Assembly (NCBI GenBank): GCA_039096225.1
Contig: JBBPEB010000013.1
Location: forward strand, 744,001 to 808,000
Origin: Blastocystis sp. Blastoise
Taxonomy: Eukaryota > Protista > Bigyra: Opalinata
DNA length: 64,000 nt
Direction: 5' to 3'
Both the position numbers and the translations under genes were made by a program. Shown here piece by piece: positions 63,855 through 64,000 of this stretch (position 1 is its first letter; each line of letters opens with the position of its first letter). The notes under the pieces are model-generated. The model made no database searches, was not told the origin of the DNA, and saw nothing but the letters and a program-made list of their open reading frames with translations.

Positions 63855-64000
63855 TTTATATTAAAAAACAAAATAGAATAAATGAGATCTATTTAGATAG
63901 AATATATGCAGGATACAATAAAACTATATATGATAAATCAAATAAAAATTATATATAAGCATTATGATTTAGTCACTAATACAAAAAATTATAAAATTAT

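Noticed and set aside
40050-63856. A single 24-kb cut-and-paste or Polinton-like element with terminal inverted repeats
   Set aside because: The apparent TIRs are the 3' ends of two oppositely oriented Helitrons, each with its own 5' TC end. There is no target-site duplication and no DDE transposase, integrase or polymerase.

Overview
Very AT-rich, intron-dense nuclear DNA from a unicellular eukaryote. A Blastocystis/opalinate-like stramenopile is a guess from gene style only and cannot be verified here. The left 37 kb is ordinary gene space: the 3' part of an ATR-type PIKK kinase, a LARP7/La-related protein, VMP1, an intronless MFS transporter (minus strand), a BCKDH-E2-like acyltransferase with its catalytic His replaced by Gln, a USP32-like deubiquitinase, a U2 snRNA and a large MIB/HERC2-HECT E3 ligase. 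Their introns are filled with simple repeats, and many start and end with (AT)n runs. The right 27 kb is a Helitron island. It contains (i) a complete, apparently autonomous 13.3-kb Helitron (50575-63854) whose RepHel ORF can be spliced in frame to 18 upstream exons joined only by phase-1 introns; (ii) an inverted 4.45-kb non-autonomous relative (44502-40052) with the same unusual nested-hairpin CTTG end; (iii) a 2.7-kb non-autonomous CTAG Helitron (47866-50547) inserted exactly at an A|T inside a ~150-bp palindrome; and (iv) an orphan Helitron-like 5' end at 45661. Gene models were spliced by eye, so exon boundaries and family calls need confirmation.
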